Shown here in pieces: positions 47,853-56,623 of a stretch of 64,000 bases of DNA. This DNA is from an uncultured Acidimicrobiaceae bacterium. GTDB taxonomy: Bacteria > Actinomycetota > Acidimicrobiia > Spongiisociales > ZC4RG35. The translations under genes and the position numbers were made by a program. Position 1 is the first letter of the stretch, and the number at the start of each line of letters is the position of its first letter. The stretch covers positions 25,387 through 89,386 of the forward strand of contig CAZNDH010000006.1 of assembly GCA_964571765.1 (NCBI GenBank). Reading direction: 5' to 3'. The notes beneath the pieces are model-generated. The model was not told the DNA's origin and did not search any database. It saw nothing but the letters and a program-made list of their open reading frames with translations.

Positions 47853-48973
47853 CCGGTGATCTCCTCGGCGATACGGTCGATGTCGAGCATCCCCAGATAG
47901 CCCTGATCACCGACCACCACCGCCACCCGGGCATGGTCGGTGACCACCGCGTCCAAAGCTCGGCGCAACGAGTCCTGAGGAGACAGGGTGACCAGGAAGG
48001 GCCGAGGCGAGATCTCGCCCAAGGGAGTCGTTGACACCTGGTCGGCCGGGGCCCAGCCCAGCAGGCGGGAGCCATCGAGCAGGCCCACCCAGTCGACGCC
48101 TTCCTCGCGCATGATCCTCTCCGCCTCGCCACGATCGGCTGTCACGTCGACCACCGGTCCTCGCCGCAGGGTGGCGCTGGACACAGGGCGTAGGGCGAGT
48201 CTCCGCAGCCCTCTCTCCTCGCCCAGGAACCGGGCGACGAAATCGCTTGCCGGGTTGGAGAGGATCTCCTCGGGACGGTCGAATTGCTCGAGGATCCCGC
48301 CCAGGTTGAGGATGGCCACCCTTGTCCCCATGAGCACCGCTTCATCGATGTCGTGGGTAACGAACACCACTGTCTTGCCCAGCCTTCGATATAGATCGAG
48401 GAACTCGTGCTGTAGCCGGGTCCGCACGATGGGGTCGACCGCCCCGAAGGGCTCGTCCATGAGCATGACCGGTGGGTCGGCGGCCAGGGCGCGGGCCACG
48501 CCGACCCGTTGTTGCTGCCCGCCGGAGAGGTCTGTCGGGTAGCGCTCGAGGAGATCGGCGTCCAGGCCGACCAGCTCGATCATCTCCTCAACCCGGGCCC
48601 CTGTTCTCGCCTTATCCCACCCGAGGAGGCCGGGAACGGTGGCGATGTTCTCCTCTACGGTGCGGTGCGGCAGCAGTCCCACCTGCTGGATCACATAGCC
48701 GATGGAGCGTCGCAGGATGTGGGCCTCCATGGCGGCGGCGTCACGGCCACCGACCTCGATGAGTCCCGACGTCGGTTCGATGATCCGGTTGATCATCTTC
48801 AGGATCGTGGTCTTGCCGCATCCCGATGGCCCCACCAGGGTGACGAACTCGCCCTCCCCGACGGTGAGGCTGAGCCGAGTCACCGCAGGCCTTGCCGACC
48901 CGGGGAACAACTTGGTCACCGAGTCGAGTCGGATCATCGGCTTGACTTGCAAGGCGACCTCCTCGAGGGTCAA
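47849..48973 (-). CDS. osmoprotectant ABC transporter ATP-binding protein with tandem CBS domains
   Basis: Walker A GPSGCGKTT, LSGGQQQR signature, Walker B, and a C-terminal CBS pair (OpuAA/OpuCA type). Confidence 0.85.
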   Translation of the reverse strand: MTLEEVALQVKPMIRLDSVTKLFPGSARPAVTRLSLTVGEGEFVTLVGPSGCGKTTILKMINRIIEPTSGLIEVGGRDAAAMEAHILRRSIGYVIQQVGLLPHRTVEENIATVPGLLGWDKARTGARVEEMIELVGLDADLLERYPTDLSGGQQQRVGVARALAADPPVMLMDEPFGAVDPIVRTRLQHEFLDLYRRLGKTVVFVTHDIDEAVLMGTRVAILNLGGILEQFDRPEEILSNPASDFVARFLGEERGLRRLALRPVSSATLRRGPVVDVTADRGEAERIMREEGVDWVGLLDGSRLLGWAPADQVSTTPLGEISPRPFLVTLSPQDSLRRALDAVVTDHARVAVVVGDQGYLGMLDIDRIAEEITG

Positions 48974-48989
48974 TCCCCGGGGGGAGGGA

Positions 48990-49901
48990 TCACCCGACCT
49001 CCTGCATGAACCTCAACACCTCGGCAAGGTAGCGGTCCGGGTCCGACTGATAGCTGTCGACGTGGCCGGCGCCTTCGAAGACTAGGAGACGCGTCTGATC
49101 GGGCGACATCTCGACGAAGCGCACGCTCTGTGCCACCGGGACGGTCCCATCCTCGGTGCCGTGGATCACCAGGACCGGCAGTCGCAGGGACGTCCCCGCC
49201 TTTGACACGTAATCGATGGTCTTCCAGTTCACCCCAATCCTCAGGGAGGTTATGAACTTGGCGGTGGCGGCAAGGGTGGGCGGAACGTTCATGGGGAGCA
49301 GTGGGACCGGTCGTCTCGAGAAGGCGAAGTTCACACTGTCGCCCATGTCGATGTTGGGGGCGTCGAGGATGATCCCCTTGAGCAGGTCGATGTTGTGGCG
49401 GTAGGCGTAGGAGAGGACATGGGACCCACCGGTGCTGTAGCCGGCGAGCACCACGTTGCCGCCGCCGTTGGCCCGGGCATGTTCCACCGCGCCGGCGACG
49501 TCAGCCCACTCGGTGGCCCCGTATTGGTGGTGGCCGCTGGGGTCGGTGGGTTGTGCATCGTCGTTCCGGTAGGTGATCGCCAACTGGGGGTAGCCGGCCT
49601 GTTGCAGGACTCCGAACAGGTGCTCTGCTTCGGCCGGAGTCGTTCCGTTGCCGTGGACGTGGACCACCCAGGTGTTGCCCGAAGCCGGAAGGAACCAGGC
49701 GCCCATCTCGCCGAGAGGAGTGGCATAGGCGACCTCCTCGATCTCAAAGTCTCCGGAGGGGAGCACCACCGGGTGGGGCTCGGGGACGAACCCGTCCTCG
49801 ATCAACACGCCGGAGAAGTACCAGCCTCCAGCGATGTGGAACACCACGACGAGGGCCACCACCGACCAGATCAGCCCACGGGCAAAGGATGCGAATCTCA
49901 T
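48990..49901 (-). CDS. alpha/beta hydrolase (membrane-anchored)
   Basis: N-terminal TM segment, GYSTGG nucleophile elbow and a downstream His. Confidence 0.65.
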   Translation of the reverse strand: MRFASFARGLIWSVVALVVVFHIAGGWYFSGVLIEDGFVPEPHPVVLPSGDFEIEEVAYATPLGEMGAWFLPASGNTWVVHVHGNGTTPAEAEHLFGVLQQAGYPQLAITYRNDDAQPTDPSGHHQYGATEWADVAGAVEHARANGGGNVVLAGYSTGGSHVLSYAYRHNIDLLKGIILDAPNIDMGDSVNFAFSRRPVPLLPMNVPPTLAATAKFITSLRIGVNWKTIDYVSKAGTSLRLPVLVIHGTEDGTVPVAQSVRFVEMSPDQTRLLVFEGAGHVDSYQSDPDRYLAEVLRFMQEVG

Positions 49902-49924
49902 GTGGTTGGCGATTCTGGCCGCTA

Positions 49925-50854
49925 TCAGCCCACAGGCAACGACAAACCGCCCACCAGGTAGTCCTCGTAGTCGGTGACAGGGATCGGATCTTCGCCAAAG
50001 TCTGGCTCGAGTTCCCAGGCTTCGTCGATTGTGCCGTCGACCCGCACCGAGAGGGCGTCCTCCATCACCGTACCAACCGGCGCCGAGCCGGCATCGAGGA
50101 GCTTCTCCCGGCGCACCACCCCGACGAGCCGGCCCTCCTCGGCAACCGCCAGAGTCTTCTCGTCATGGAACCGCAGGGTGTCGGTCGCCTCCCGCAGAGG
50201 TGCGACATACACCGGATCCCCCATGAAGCGGAACACCCGATCCGGGGCGCTCCTCACCACAACCGCACCGGCCTGGGCGGTGCGACGCAGCCGGGCCCCA
50301 CGCCCCAACATGGCGCGTTGTAGCCATGAGCCTCCAGGCGCCCCCAGGACCACCAGAGCCCCATCGTCGAGGTTGGCGACCAGCCGGTCGATCCCGCCCT
50401 TCTCGACAACCCTTGCTGTGATCTCGGGGACGCTCGAGCCGATCCGGTCGAGGACCTCGGTCGCTCCGGGAGCCTCGTCGTAGGGAATCGACGCCGACAC
50501 CATCTCGGCGGGCACCCCCATCGCCTGGCCGAGACGCGCCGCCACCGTCGCCGCCAGGAGGGAATGGGGGCCAGCGGAGACCGCGGCCACCACCTTGGTC
50601 ACCTTGTCTGGCTGGAAGTCGATGGGCACCACCACGCTGACCAGGTCGAAGCCACCGGGGAGCTTCTTGGAGACGAGCAGGTCGGCCCGTCGATCGATGC
50701 ACTCTTCCCTGAGATCGCCTCCGATGCGAACCGCTTGACCGTCATGGGCGAGAAGGCCGGCCAGCTCGACACACCCCTTGCCCCGGGTCCACACCACCGA
50801 CAGGTCCTCTGCCGCTGATCGTCCCGACTGCATCAATGGCCTCGAGTCTGCCAC
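49925..50854 (-). CDS. universal stress protein-like domain plus CBS domain protein
   Basis: N-terminal UspA-like alpha/beta region and a C-terminal CBS pair (VGVVRREKLLD...). Weak family assignment. Confidence 0.4.
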   Translation of the reverse strand: MADSRPLMQSGRSAAEDLSVVWTRGKGCVELAGLLAHDGQAVRIGGDLREECIDRRADLLVSKKLPGGFDLVSVVVPIDFQPDKVTKVVAAVSAGPHSLLAATVAARLGQAMGVPAEMVSASIPYDEAPGATEVLDRIGSSVPEITARVVEKGGIDRLVANLDDGALVVLGAPGGSWLQRAMLGRGARLRRTAQAGAVVVRSAPDRVFRFMGDPVYVAPLREATDTLRFHDEKTLAVAEEGRLVGVVRREKLLDAGSAPVGTVMEDALSVRVDGTIDEAWELEPDFGEDPIPVTDYEDYLVGGLSLPVG

Positions 50855-50856
50855 CG

Positions 50857-51522
50857 CTACTCCTTGCTCTCCACACGCCGCGGGCGAGGCGAGCCGTTGT
50901 CAATGACACGTTCACTCGCATCCCCCACCCGGGACCACCGGTCTCGGTGTATGGAGATGTTTGCAGGATCCGGGGCCCTGTCCAGGCTCGAAGAGCGCCG
51001 GTCGGCGGCCGGGTGGCCGATGGTGACCACCCCGATCGGAGCCTGGTCCTCCGGCAGCCCGAGCAGTCTGGCCAGGGAAGGCAGTGAGTGCACACCGAGG
51101 AAGCCGGCCGCCAGACCCTCGTCTACCGTGGCGAGGAGGACCGCCATGAGGGCCGCCCCCGCATCGATCCACCAGTACGGGACCGGCCATTCGATCGGCC
51201 GTCCGTCGGCGGCCACCTTGTCCGGTTCCATGTAGCGACGTCGATAGACTTCCTCGCTCACGGAGATGACGATGTGGGCAGGCGCCCTCGAGATCCACGG
51301 GTCGTACCCCGAGGCGACATAGGCCTCCTCGTCGGCCAGCCGAGCGATGTGATGCCTGGTGACGGTGTCGGTGACCAGGACCACACCCAGAGCCTGGCTG
51401 TTCCCCGCCGACGGGGCCCGCAGCGCCGCGGCGGCGATCCGCTCCAAAGCGGCGGCGTCCACCGGCCGGTCGGTGTAGTTGCGTACCATTCTCCTTCGGG
51501 CGAGTACCTCCGACAGCTCCAT
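50857..51522 (-). CDS. nitroreductase family protein
   Basis: RRMVRNY FMN-binding N-terminus and nitroreductase fold. Start at the internal ATG 51522. Confidence 0.7.
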   Translation of the reverse strand: MELSEVLARRRMVRNYTDRPVDAAALERIAAAALRAPSAGNSQALGVVLVTDTVTRHHIARLADEEAYVASGYDPWISRAPAHIVISVSEEVYRRRYMEPDKVAADGRPIEWPVPYWWIDAGAALMAVLLATVDEGLAAGFLGVHSLPSLARLLGLPEDQAPIGVVTIGHPAADRRSSSLDRAPDPANISIHRDRWSRVGDASERVIDNGSPRPRRVESKE

Positions 51523-51603
51523 GGAGTCATCCTGGCATGAGTCGCAGTCCTGGGTGATCCGGGGCAAGCCGGGGCGGGACGACGGTGCGATACTCGGTCA
51601 CCG

Positions 51604-52380
51604 GTGCACGCCGAGATCACCTCCGCCGCCAATCCCCGAATGAAGCGTCTCATCCGGCTCGGCCGGAGACGCCAACGCGACTTCGAGGGTGTCTTCGTGG
51701 TCGAGGGCGCCCGGCTGGTGGGGAGGGCGTTGGCGGCCGGACTGGTCCCGGAAGAGGTCTACGGCGACGGGACCGTCGAGCTGCCTGGGGTCGACATGAT
51801 CAGCGTTGATCCAGCGATTCTCGACCGGGTCTCCTATCGGAAAAGGTCCGAAGGGGTGATCGCGGTGTTCGCCCAGTTCCCGGCCGACACCTTGACGAAG
51901 GCGGCATCTGGCGACCCGGCTCTGATCCTGGTGGGCGAGAGCCTCGAGAAGCCGGGGAACCTGGGAGCTATCCTTCGCACCGCTGACGCGGTCGCCGCCG
52001 ACGCGGTGGTCACCGTGCCGCGACCGCTCGACCGGTTCAACCCCAACGTGATCAGGTCATCGACCGGGGCCTGCTTCACGGTACCGGTGGTCTCCTCGGA
52101 CATCGAAGGACTGGCGGCTTACGCCGCCGACTCCGGTGTCACCCTGGTCGCCGCCGACCCCAATGCCTCGGTCAGCTACTGGGAGGCCGACCTGACCGGC
52201 CCTGTGGCCCTGGTGGTGGGATCCGAAGACGCCGGGATCAGCCCGTTTCTCCGCGAATCCTCGGACCGGGCGGTCGCGGTTCCGATGAGGGGCTCGGTCG
52301 ACTCTCTGAACGCCTCGGTGACCATGGCCCTCCTCGCCTATGAGGCACTCCGCCAGCGGGAGGCTACGTTGGGGGCTTGA
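51604..52380 (+). CDS. TrmH/SpoU family RNA 2'-O-methyltransferase
   Basis: SPOUT motifs (GNLGAILRTA, VVGSEDAGIS, SLNASVTMALL). Confidence 0.8.
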   Translation: MHAEITSAANPRMKRLIRLGRRRQRDFEGVFVVEGARLVGRALAAGLVPEEVYGDGTVELPGVDMISVDPAILDRVSYRKRSEGVIAVFAQFPADTLTKAASGDPALILVGESLEKPGNLGAILRTADAVAADAVVTVPRPLDRFNPNVIRSSTGACFTVPVVSSDIEGLAAYAADSGVTLVAADPNASVSYWEADLTGPVALVVGSEDAGISPFLRESSDRAVAVPMRGSVDSLNASVTMALLAYEALRQREATLGA

Positions 52381-52411
52381 ATCGAACATCTGTTCGATAT
52401 AGTCTCCTCCG

Positions 52412-54055
52412 ATGGCACTCACCGGCCAGATCAGCTTCGACGACCTGGCCACCTCCCTCTTCGACGTGACCTTCTGCGTGCTCGACCTGGAGACCACCGG
52501 AGGCTCGGCGAGCAACTGCGAGATCACCGAGATCGGGGCGGTGAAATACCGTGGCGGCGTCGAGATCGGCCGCTTCCAGACGTTGGTCGACCCCGGTCGA
52601 CCCATCCCACCGTTCATCACCATCCTCACCGGGATAACCGAGATGATGCTTCTCGGGGCACCACGGATCGAGGAGGCGCTTCCCACGTTCCTCGAGTTCA
52701 CCGGTGAGTCGGTGCTGGTGGGACACAACCTCCGCTTCGACATGTCGTTTCTCGACTCGGCCTGCGACCTACTCGGCTATCCCAAGCTCGCCAACCACCG
52801 GGTCGACACCGTGGCCCTGGCACGACGACTGGTCCGCCCCGAGGTGCGAGACCTGAGGCTGGGCACCCTGGCCGGTCATTTCCGCAGCCCGGTCCCTCCC
52901 GTCCACCGGGCCCTCGACGACGCGCTGGCCACCGCCCACGTGCTCCACTCCCTCCTCGAGCGCGCCGGCCCCCTAGGAGTCACCAGCCTCGACGACCTGC
53001 TCGCCCTCCCCCAGGCCCGCGGCTCGGCACACTTCGCCAAGATCGGACTGACCGAGCACCTCCCCAGGAGCCCCGGCGTCTACCTGTTCCGGGACCGGAA
53101 CGGAGCCGTCATCTACGTGGGCAAGGCCTCGAACCTGCGCGTCCGGGTCCGCCAGTACTTCTACGGGGACACCAGACGCCAGATCGCCGATCTGGTGCGG
53201 GACCTCCATCGTGTCGACTACGTGACGTGTCCTACACCGCTCGAGGCCGAGGTGACCGAGATCCGCTTGATCCACGCCAACCGTCCCCGGTACAACAGGC
53301 GCTCCCGGCCCCCCAAGAGCTCACACTTCGTCAAGCTCACCCGGGAGCCTTACCCCCGGCTATCGGTGGTCCGGCGGTTGGGTGACGATGGGCTGGTGCA
53401 CCTGGGCCCGTTCCGCTCGAAACGGGCCGCCGACGAGGTGATGATGGCCTTATGGGACGCAGTGCCGATTCGCCGGTGCCGATCCCGGTCCTCCAAACAG
53501 ACCGGCAAGTGCGCCGTCGCCCAGATCGGGGTGGCCCGCTGTCCCTGTGACGGCTCGATAGACGAGGTGGAGTATCGCCAGGTAGTCGACCTGATACTCG
53601 CCGGGATCGATCACCGGCCCGACCTTCTTCTCGACCCCCTCGTCGAACGGATGCAGCGGCTCGCCGACTCACAGCGCTACGAGGAGGCCGCCTGGCTCCG
53701 CGACCGCCACGATGCCCTGGCCCGCAGCCTGGAGTTGAGGAGGCAATGGCGCGCTCTCGCCGGCGCCGGACTGATTGAGCTCGAGGACGACCACGGCCGC
53801 CGGGTTGTGGTCGACCACGGGGCTCTGGTCGAGACTCGAGGTCCCGGCGAGCCCCCCACCCTGATCGGCGTCGCCGCAGCGCCGGCAGGTACCCCGGCGG
53901 AGGTGCCCCATGACGTCGAAGCTGCCGAGGAGACCGGGCTCATCTGGAGGTGGCTGGAGCACAACGACCTGCGGATCGTGGAGTCGACGGGTTCCCTGGC
54001 ACTACCCATCGGCCGGGTCCGCCGGCTGGCCATAGGACGACCCAAAGCCGCCTGA
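52412..54055 (+). CDS. DEDDh 3'-5' exonuclease (DnaQ-like) fused to GIY-YIG nuclease (Cho/UvrC-like)
   Basis: Exo I-III motifs (VLDLETTG, VGHNLRFD, HRALDDA). GIY-YIG module PGVYLFRDRNGAVIYVGKASNLRVR...YNRR, then a UvrC-like C-terminus. Confidence 0.8.
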   Translation: MALTGQISFDDLATSLFDVTFCVLDLETTGGSASNCEITEIGAVKYRGGVEIGRFQTLVDPGRPIPPFITILTGITEMMLLGAPRIEEALPTFLEFTGESVLVGHNLRFDMSFLDSACDLLGYPKLANHRVDTVALARRLVRPEVRDLRLGTLAGHFRSPVPPVHRALDDALATAHVLHSLLERAGPLGVTSLDDLLALPQARGSAHFAKIGLTEHLPRSPGVYLFRDRNGAVIYVGKASNLRVRVRQYFYGDTRRQIADLVRDLHRVDYVTCPTPLEAEVTEIRLIHANRPRYNRRSRPPKSSHFVKLTREPYPRLSVVRRLGDDGLVHLGPFRSKRAADEVMMALWDAVPIRRCRSRSSKQTGKCAVAQIGVARCPCDGSIDEVEYRQVVDLILAGIDHRPDLLLDPLVERMQRLADSQRYEEAAWLRDRHDALARSLELRRQWRALAGAGLIELEDDHGRRVVVDHGALVETRGPGEPPTLIGVAAAPAGTPAEVPHDVEAAEETGLIWRWLEHNDLRIVESTGSLALPIGRVRRLAIGRPKAA

Positions 54056-54102
54056 CCCCGATTCGACTTGAGTGTGCCGCCTCCGGGGGTGACACTCAGT
54101 CC

Positions 54103-54738
54103 GTGGAGCTTGCGGTCACCCTGGAACGGGTCGGTGTTTCCCTGGGAGGGGTGCCGGTGCTTCACGACCTCGAGCTCACCGTGAGGAGATCAGAGACCAT
54201 AGGGGTGGTCGGGCCCAACGGATCGGGAAAAACCACCCTCCTCCGGTTGATGGCCAGCCTGCTCCGCCCCGTCGCGGGGCGAGCGGAGGTCCTGGGAGCG
54301 GATCTGTCCACACCAGAGGTCTACCGGATAAGGCACCGGATCGGGATGATCGGCCACCTCCCTGCCCTGGTGCCCGAACTGACCCTCGAGGAGAACTTGG
54401 AGCACATCGTCCGCCTTGTCGGCCTCGATCCCACCCGGGTGGGCCCAGCCCTGGCCGCGGTGGGCCTGGAGCGGGCATCGTCGAGACGCGCCGACGCCAG
54501 CTCCCACGGGATGCAACGGCGTGCCGAGATCGCCATCCTGCTGCTACGCCGCCCCGAGGTTCTTCTCCTCGACGAGGCCCTGTCCGGGCTCGATTCCGAC
54601 GCCTCAGGCCTGGTCACCGTCTTGATCGCCAGGACCACCGCCGGCGGAGGGGCGGTGGTCACCGTGTCCCACGACCGGGCCCACATGGAGGCCTGTGACC
54701 GGGTGTTGACCCTGGCCGGCGGGAGGCTCCATTCGTGA
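54103..54738 (+). CDS. ccmA: heme exporter ATP-binding protein CcmA
   Basis: ABC ATPase (GPNGSGKTT, Q-loop, signature-like SHGMQRR, Walker B LLLDEAL). GTG start at 54103 is proposed; the track starts inside the upstream gene. Confidence 0.8.
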   Translation: MELAVTLERVGVSLGGVPVLHDLELTVRRSETIGVVGPNGSGKTTLLRLMASLLRPVAGRAEVLGADLSTPEVYRIRHRIGMIGHLPALVPELTLEENLEHIVRLVGLDPTRVGPALAAVGLERASSRRADASSHGMQRRAEIAILLLRRPEVLLLDEALSGLDSDASGLVTVLIARTTAGGGAVVTVSHDRAHMEACDRVLTLAGGRLHS

Positions 54739-55409
54739 GCCTCATGGGACAGGCGTTGGAGATCGCCCGTATCGACCTGAAGGTGGAGACCCGGATCGGG
54801 GAGACGATCCGGGTGATCGTTCCCTTCGCCGGGGTGACCCTGATCGTGGTTCCTCTGGCCCTGGGACCTCGACTCGCCCTCATCAGCAGTGTCGGGCTCG
54901 CCCTGTTCTGGGCGCTGGGAGTCCTCTTCGGAATGCAGGTCGCCCTGCGACACTCGGCCAGCGACACTCCGAGTCGCCGTGACCTCTACGCCCTGGCCGG
55001 AGTCGACCCGGCGGCGCGTTTCCTCGGGCGCACCATTTCGGGGGCCGTACTCATCCTGGGTCTCCTCGTGGTGCTGTTCGTGGGGATGGTCGCCTTCTAC
55101 GATCCGGAGTTGCCATCGGGCTGGCTAGGGCCGGGAGTGCTGGCCTCGACGCTGTTCGCCTTGGGTCTCGCCGAGTTGTCGACCCTGGCCGGAGAGGTGG
55201 CCACCGGGCTTCGCAACCGGACCGCCCTGGCCTCCCTGATCGTGGCGCCCCTGTCGCTGCCCCTGGTGATCGGTGCCGCCACCACCCTGGCCGCGGTAGG
55301 CCAGGGCGCCGGTATCCTCACATCGATACTGGTGCTGACAGCCACCACCCTGGCGCTGGCCGTGGTGGGAGTGGCTGTCGCCAGACCTTTGGAGGAAGCC
55401 TCGAGATGA
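54735..55409 (+). CDS. ccmB: heme exporter permease CcmB
   Basis: 224 aa, six TM segments, CcmB-like. Its GTG overlaps the ccmA stop as GTGA. Confidence 0.75.
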   Translation: MSLMGQALEIARIDLKVETRIGETIRVIVPFAGVTLIVVPLALGPRLALISSVGLALFWALGVLFGMQVALRHSASDTPSRRDLYALAGVDPAARFLGRTISGAVLILGLLVVLFVGMVAFYDPELPSGWLGPGVLASTLFALGLAELSTLAGEVATGLRNRTALASLIVAPLSLPLVIGAATTLAAVGQGAGILTSILVLTATTLALAVVGVAVARPLEEASR

Positions 55410-56116
55410 CAAGGGCCAAAGTCATGCTGGGTTTGGCCGCCGCCGCCCTCGGCGTCGGCCTGTGGTTTGCCCTCACCGCACCCCCAGACACCCTCCAAGG
55501 GGTCTACAGCCGCCTTTTCTACATCCACGCCCCGTCGCTTTGGTTGGGGTTTCTGGCCTTCTTCGTCACCGCATTTGGTTCGATTGCCTGGCTGATACGC
55601 AAGCGGCCCCGATGGGACCGCCTCGCCTCGGCATCGGTGGAGATCGGTGTCATCTTCACCGGCATCGGTCTCCTGACCGGGATGATCTGGGGCAAGGCGG
55701 TTTGGGGCACCGCCTGGGACTGGGGTGATCCCCGGCTGGCAACCACCGCGGTCATGTTCTTCGTCTACCTGGGTTACGTTGCCCTACGGGCGGCGATCGA
55801 CGAACCGGTGATCCGGGCTCGCCGTTCGGCGATCCTCGGAGCGATCGCCGTTGTCCAGGTGCCCCTGGTCTACTTCTCGGTGAACCTGTTTCGCACGCTT
55901 CATCAGACCCAGACCATCCGGCCCGACGGCGCTGCCATGCCCCGGGAGATGTTGGTGGCCCTCTTGGTGAACGTGGTCGCCTTCACCGTCCTCTACGTGG
56001 CCCTGATCATGGCCCGCATCCAGGTGGCGGTGGCCGAAGAGAATCGGAAGGGCCGCGAGCTCCTCGCCGGTGAAGCGGTGAGCGCCCCCCGTATCAACGA
56101 GATCGAAGATGTCTGA
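55406..56116 (+). CDS. ccmC: heme exporter protein CcmC
   Basis: Tryptophan-rich WWD domain WGTAWDWGDPRL and conserved His residues. Confidence 0.88.
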   Translation: MTRAKVMLGLAAAALGVGLWFALTAPPDTLQGVYSRLFYIHAPSLWLGFLAFFVTAFGSIAWLIRKRPRWDRLASASVEIGVIFTGIGLLTGMIWGKAVWGTAWDWGDPRLATTAVMFFVYLGYVALRAAIDEPVIRARRSAILGAIAVVQVPLVYFSVNLFRTLHQTQTIRPDGAAMPREMLVALLVNVVAFTVLYVALIMARIQVAVAEENRKGRELLAGEAVSAPRINEIEDV

Positions 56117-56213
56117 CAACCTGGTGGTGCTCCTCGCCTATCTCGGTTGCTACGGGCTGATAGTGGCCTACGCCGCCTACCTCCACCTCAGGCTGCGCAA
56201 GACCACGGAGTGA
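56109..56213 (+). CDS. ccmD: heme exporter protein CcmD
   Basis: 34-aa single-TM protein (MSDNLVVLLAYLGCYGLIVAYAAYLHLRLRKTTE). Its ATG overlaps the ccmC stop (ATGTCTGA). Absent from the ORF track, which lists only ORFs of 60 aa or more. Confidence 0.6.
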   Translation: MSDNLVVLLAYLGCYGLIVAYAAYLHLRLRKTTE

Positions 56214-56215
56214 CC

Positions 56216-56623
56216 GTGGACCGTCGGCGGACCGTGCTCCTCGCCCTCGGGGGCCTCACCGCGGCGGTCATCGCCATCACTGCCTTCTCCCTCGGGGGCA
56301 ATCTCACCTACTACCTCTATCCCACCGAGGCCATCGAGCGCAGGGCCGAGTTCCCCGACGGAGCGCGGTTCCGTCTCGCCGGTCTGGTGCTCGAGGGAAC
56401 CTTGGACCGTACCCCTGGGGAGGTCGGGTTCCGGGTCGGCGACGGTGGAGCCGAGATCGAGGTGACTCTCATCGGCACTCCTCCCCCGCTGTTCGCCGAG
56501 AACGTCCCGGTACTCGTGGAGGGGGCCTGGCAGGGGACCCGGTTCCTCGCCGACAGCGCCCTCATCCGACACGACGAGAACTACGAGATCCCCGAGGAGG
56601 GCGGGGCCTACCCCACCGACTGA
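56216..56623 (+). CDS. ccmE: cytochrome c-type biogenesis heme chaperone CcmE
   Basis: N-terminal TM segment, OB fold and a C-terminal heme-binding-region Tyr (ALIRHDENYEIPEE). GTG start at 56216. Confidence 0.8.
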   Translation: MDRRRTVLLALGGLTAAVIAITAFSLGGNLTYYLYPTEAIERRAEFPDGARFRLAGLVLEGTLDRTPGEVGFRVGDGGAEIEVTLIGTPPPLFAENVPVLVEGAWQGTRFLADSALIRHDENYEIPEEGGAYPTD

